The notes beneath the pieces are model-generated. The model ran no database searches and had not been told where the DNA came from. It was given only the letters and a program-made list of their open reading frames with translations. DNA of 63,982 bases, counting the filler, from Reticulomyxa filosa (lineage: Eukaryota; Protista; Foraminifera): assembly GCA_000512085.1 (NCBI GenBank). It is 5 parts of 5 records of this genome, joined end to end, with 100 filler letters (N's around TTAATTAATTAA, not from the genome) between each part and the next. Parts side by side here need not be neighbours in the genome. Positions count along the whole stretch, not along the records: positions 62,759 to 63,982 come from ASPP01010459.1; 4 more parts are not named here. One strand, 5' to 3'. Position 1 is the first letter of the stretch. The number at the start of each line of letters is the position of its first letter. Both the position numbers and the translations under genes were made by a program. Shown one piece after another: positions 62,759-63,982 of this stretch.

Positions 62759-63889
62759 ATCATCATCATCATCATCATCGTCATCATTTTCCATAGACTC
62801 GATCAGCAGTTTCTTTGGAGGCTTGGTTTTCTTTGCAGGTTTCTTCTGACTACGCGCGACGACTTTGGCCGGCAAGATGAGCGTGGGATATGGACACGAC
62901 AGTGTTTCATTCAGCTCCAACTCGTTAAAGTGCGGAGACTTGGCTTGTTCGGGCGTGGCCGTAAATAATGTGCTGTGACTTTGTGTCTTTTTGATCTCCG
63001 TGTTCTTGTGTTTCTTTTTGCGCTTTTGCGCCTTTGCGAGATACCGACTCTGATTTTTATTGCGTATTTTCTGCGATATTGCGTTATAGTCATCGGATAT
63101 CAAGGCGATCGAGTGTGTCGGATCGTCGGCACGTTTGTGCTCCATTTCGTCTTGCATGTCCACTCCCTCCAAACCTTTGGCATTGCCACCATCGTGGTCC
63201 ATCATCATTGTCATCGTCTCCGCCGTCGCAGGCGCAATTGCAGTATCCATTGTTGTTGTTGTTGTTGTTGTTATTGCGAATGCTCCTGTGGCCGTGAGTG
63301 TCGTCATAGGAGCATCGACAGAAGCCTCTTCTAAAATGATCTCGTTCTCTTCCTCAGACACTTTGGACAAACGTCCTCGTAAACTCGGCTTCGTAGGAGG
63401 CAGCGGAGTCTTGCTCCCCCCAAATGACGCCTTGAAAGGATTGTCGTTGTTGACGTGCTTTTCCGACTTGCTTTTCTTCGTCTTCACAAAGTTCACTACG
63501 AGACTCTCGTTCTTTGAGAAGCAACACCAAAATCTCCATTTCTTGTTCTTGTCTGTTGTTTCTCTTTCTGTCCCTTCTTCCTCCTGGTCGTCTCTTTCTT
63601 TTTCTTTTCCAACTCCTTTTCGTCTCTTCTTTCTTTGTCTTCCTTCCTCTTCCTCTTCCTCTTCCTTTTCCTCTTCCTCTTCCTCTTCCTCTTCTTCATT
63701 ATCATTACCATCATCATTACCATCTTCTTCTTCTTCCTCTTGGTTCTCTTTTCTTTTCTCCTCTGGCTCCATTTCTCTGTGCATCCCATCTTCGATCATG
63801 ATAATCTCCTCTTCTTCACCTCTATCGTAGTCGCCTTCATCACGCAGCGGCGCATGTGGTCGACGACGCTCTCGACCATCTGGCTCCAC
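62759..63889 (-). CDS. Partial low-complexity acidic/charged hypothetical protein
   Basis: Open frame of >370 codons with poly-E, poly-D and poly-T tracts encoded by (TCCTCT)n, (ATC)n and (TTG)n; runs into the gap. Confidence 0.55.
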
Positions 63890-63982
63890 CTTCCTGATGG
63901 GCAGCTGTTCAATAACGGAGGCAGAGAGCGAAGTTGTGGCAGTGGTAATAAGGACTCCATTATTATTATTATTATTATTATT

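Noticed and set aside
62975-63830. Plus-strand poly-Ser/Val/Cys/Leu ORFs
   Set aside because: Antisense or alternative frames of microsatellite-like coding sequence in the minus-strand acidic protein.

Overview
AT-rich, intron-rich eukaryotic (protist) nuclear DNA. It comprises five contigs joined by artificial N-TTAATTAATTAA-N spacers (26906-27005, 56043-56142, 60404-60503, 62659-62758), so adjacency across these gaps is not biological. Gene families, short GT/GC-AG introns and frequent homopolymer frameshifts resemble a rhizarian/foraminiferan draft genome such as Reticulomyxa (inference, not verified). Recognisable genes: complex I PSST subunit (NDUFS7), an ADAM-type metalloprotease with TSP1/EGF/TM/WW, MRG15/Eaf3, three 7TM GPCR-like genes, a SAM-dependent methyltransferase, a TPR-SAM-SAM protein, a kinesin, an LRRC61-like protein, a Vti1-like SNARE, a CDGSH Fe-S protein, an RRM protein, a 3-ketoacyl-CoA reductase, a G-protein beta subunit and a PUB-domain protein. 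There are also decayed LINE (RNase H) and Tc1/mariner elements and a candidate C/D snoRNA. The standout is a 1752-aa ORF (18663-23921, minus) built like an NLR immune receptor: C4 zinc-like domain, RelA/SpoT-type nucleotidyltransferase, NACHT, pentapeptide repeats and 16 surface-hypervariable WD40 repeats. Its effector/NACHT half lies in an extremely AT-rich island. It is a candidate alarmone- or toxin-producing innate-immune/allorecognition receptor in a protist.
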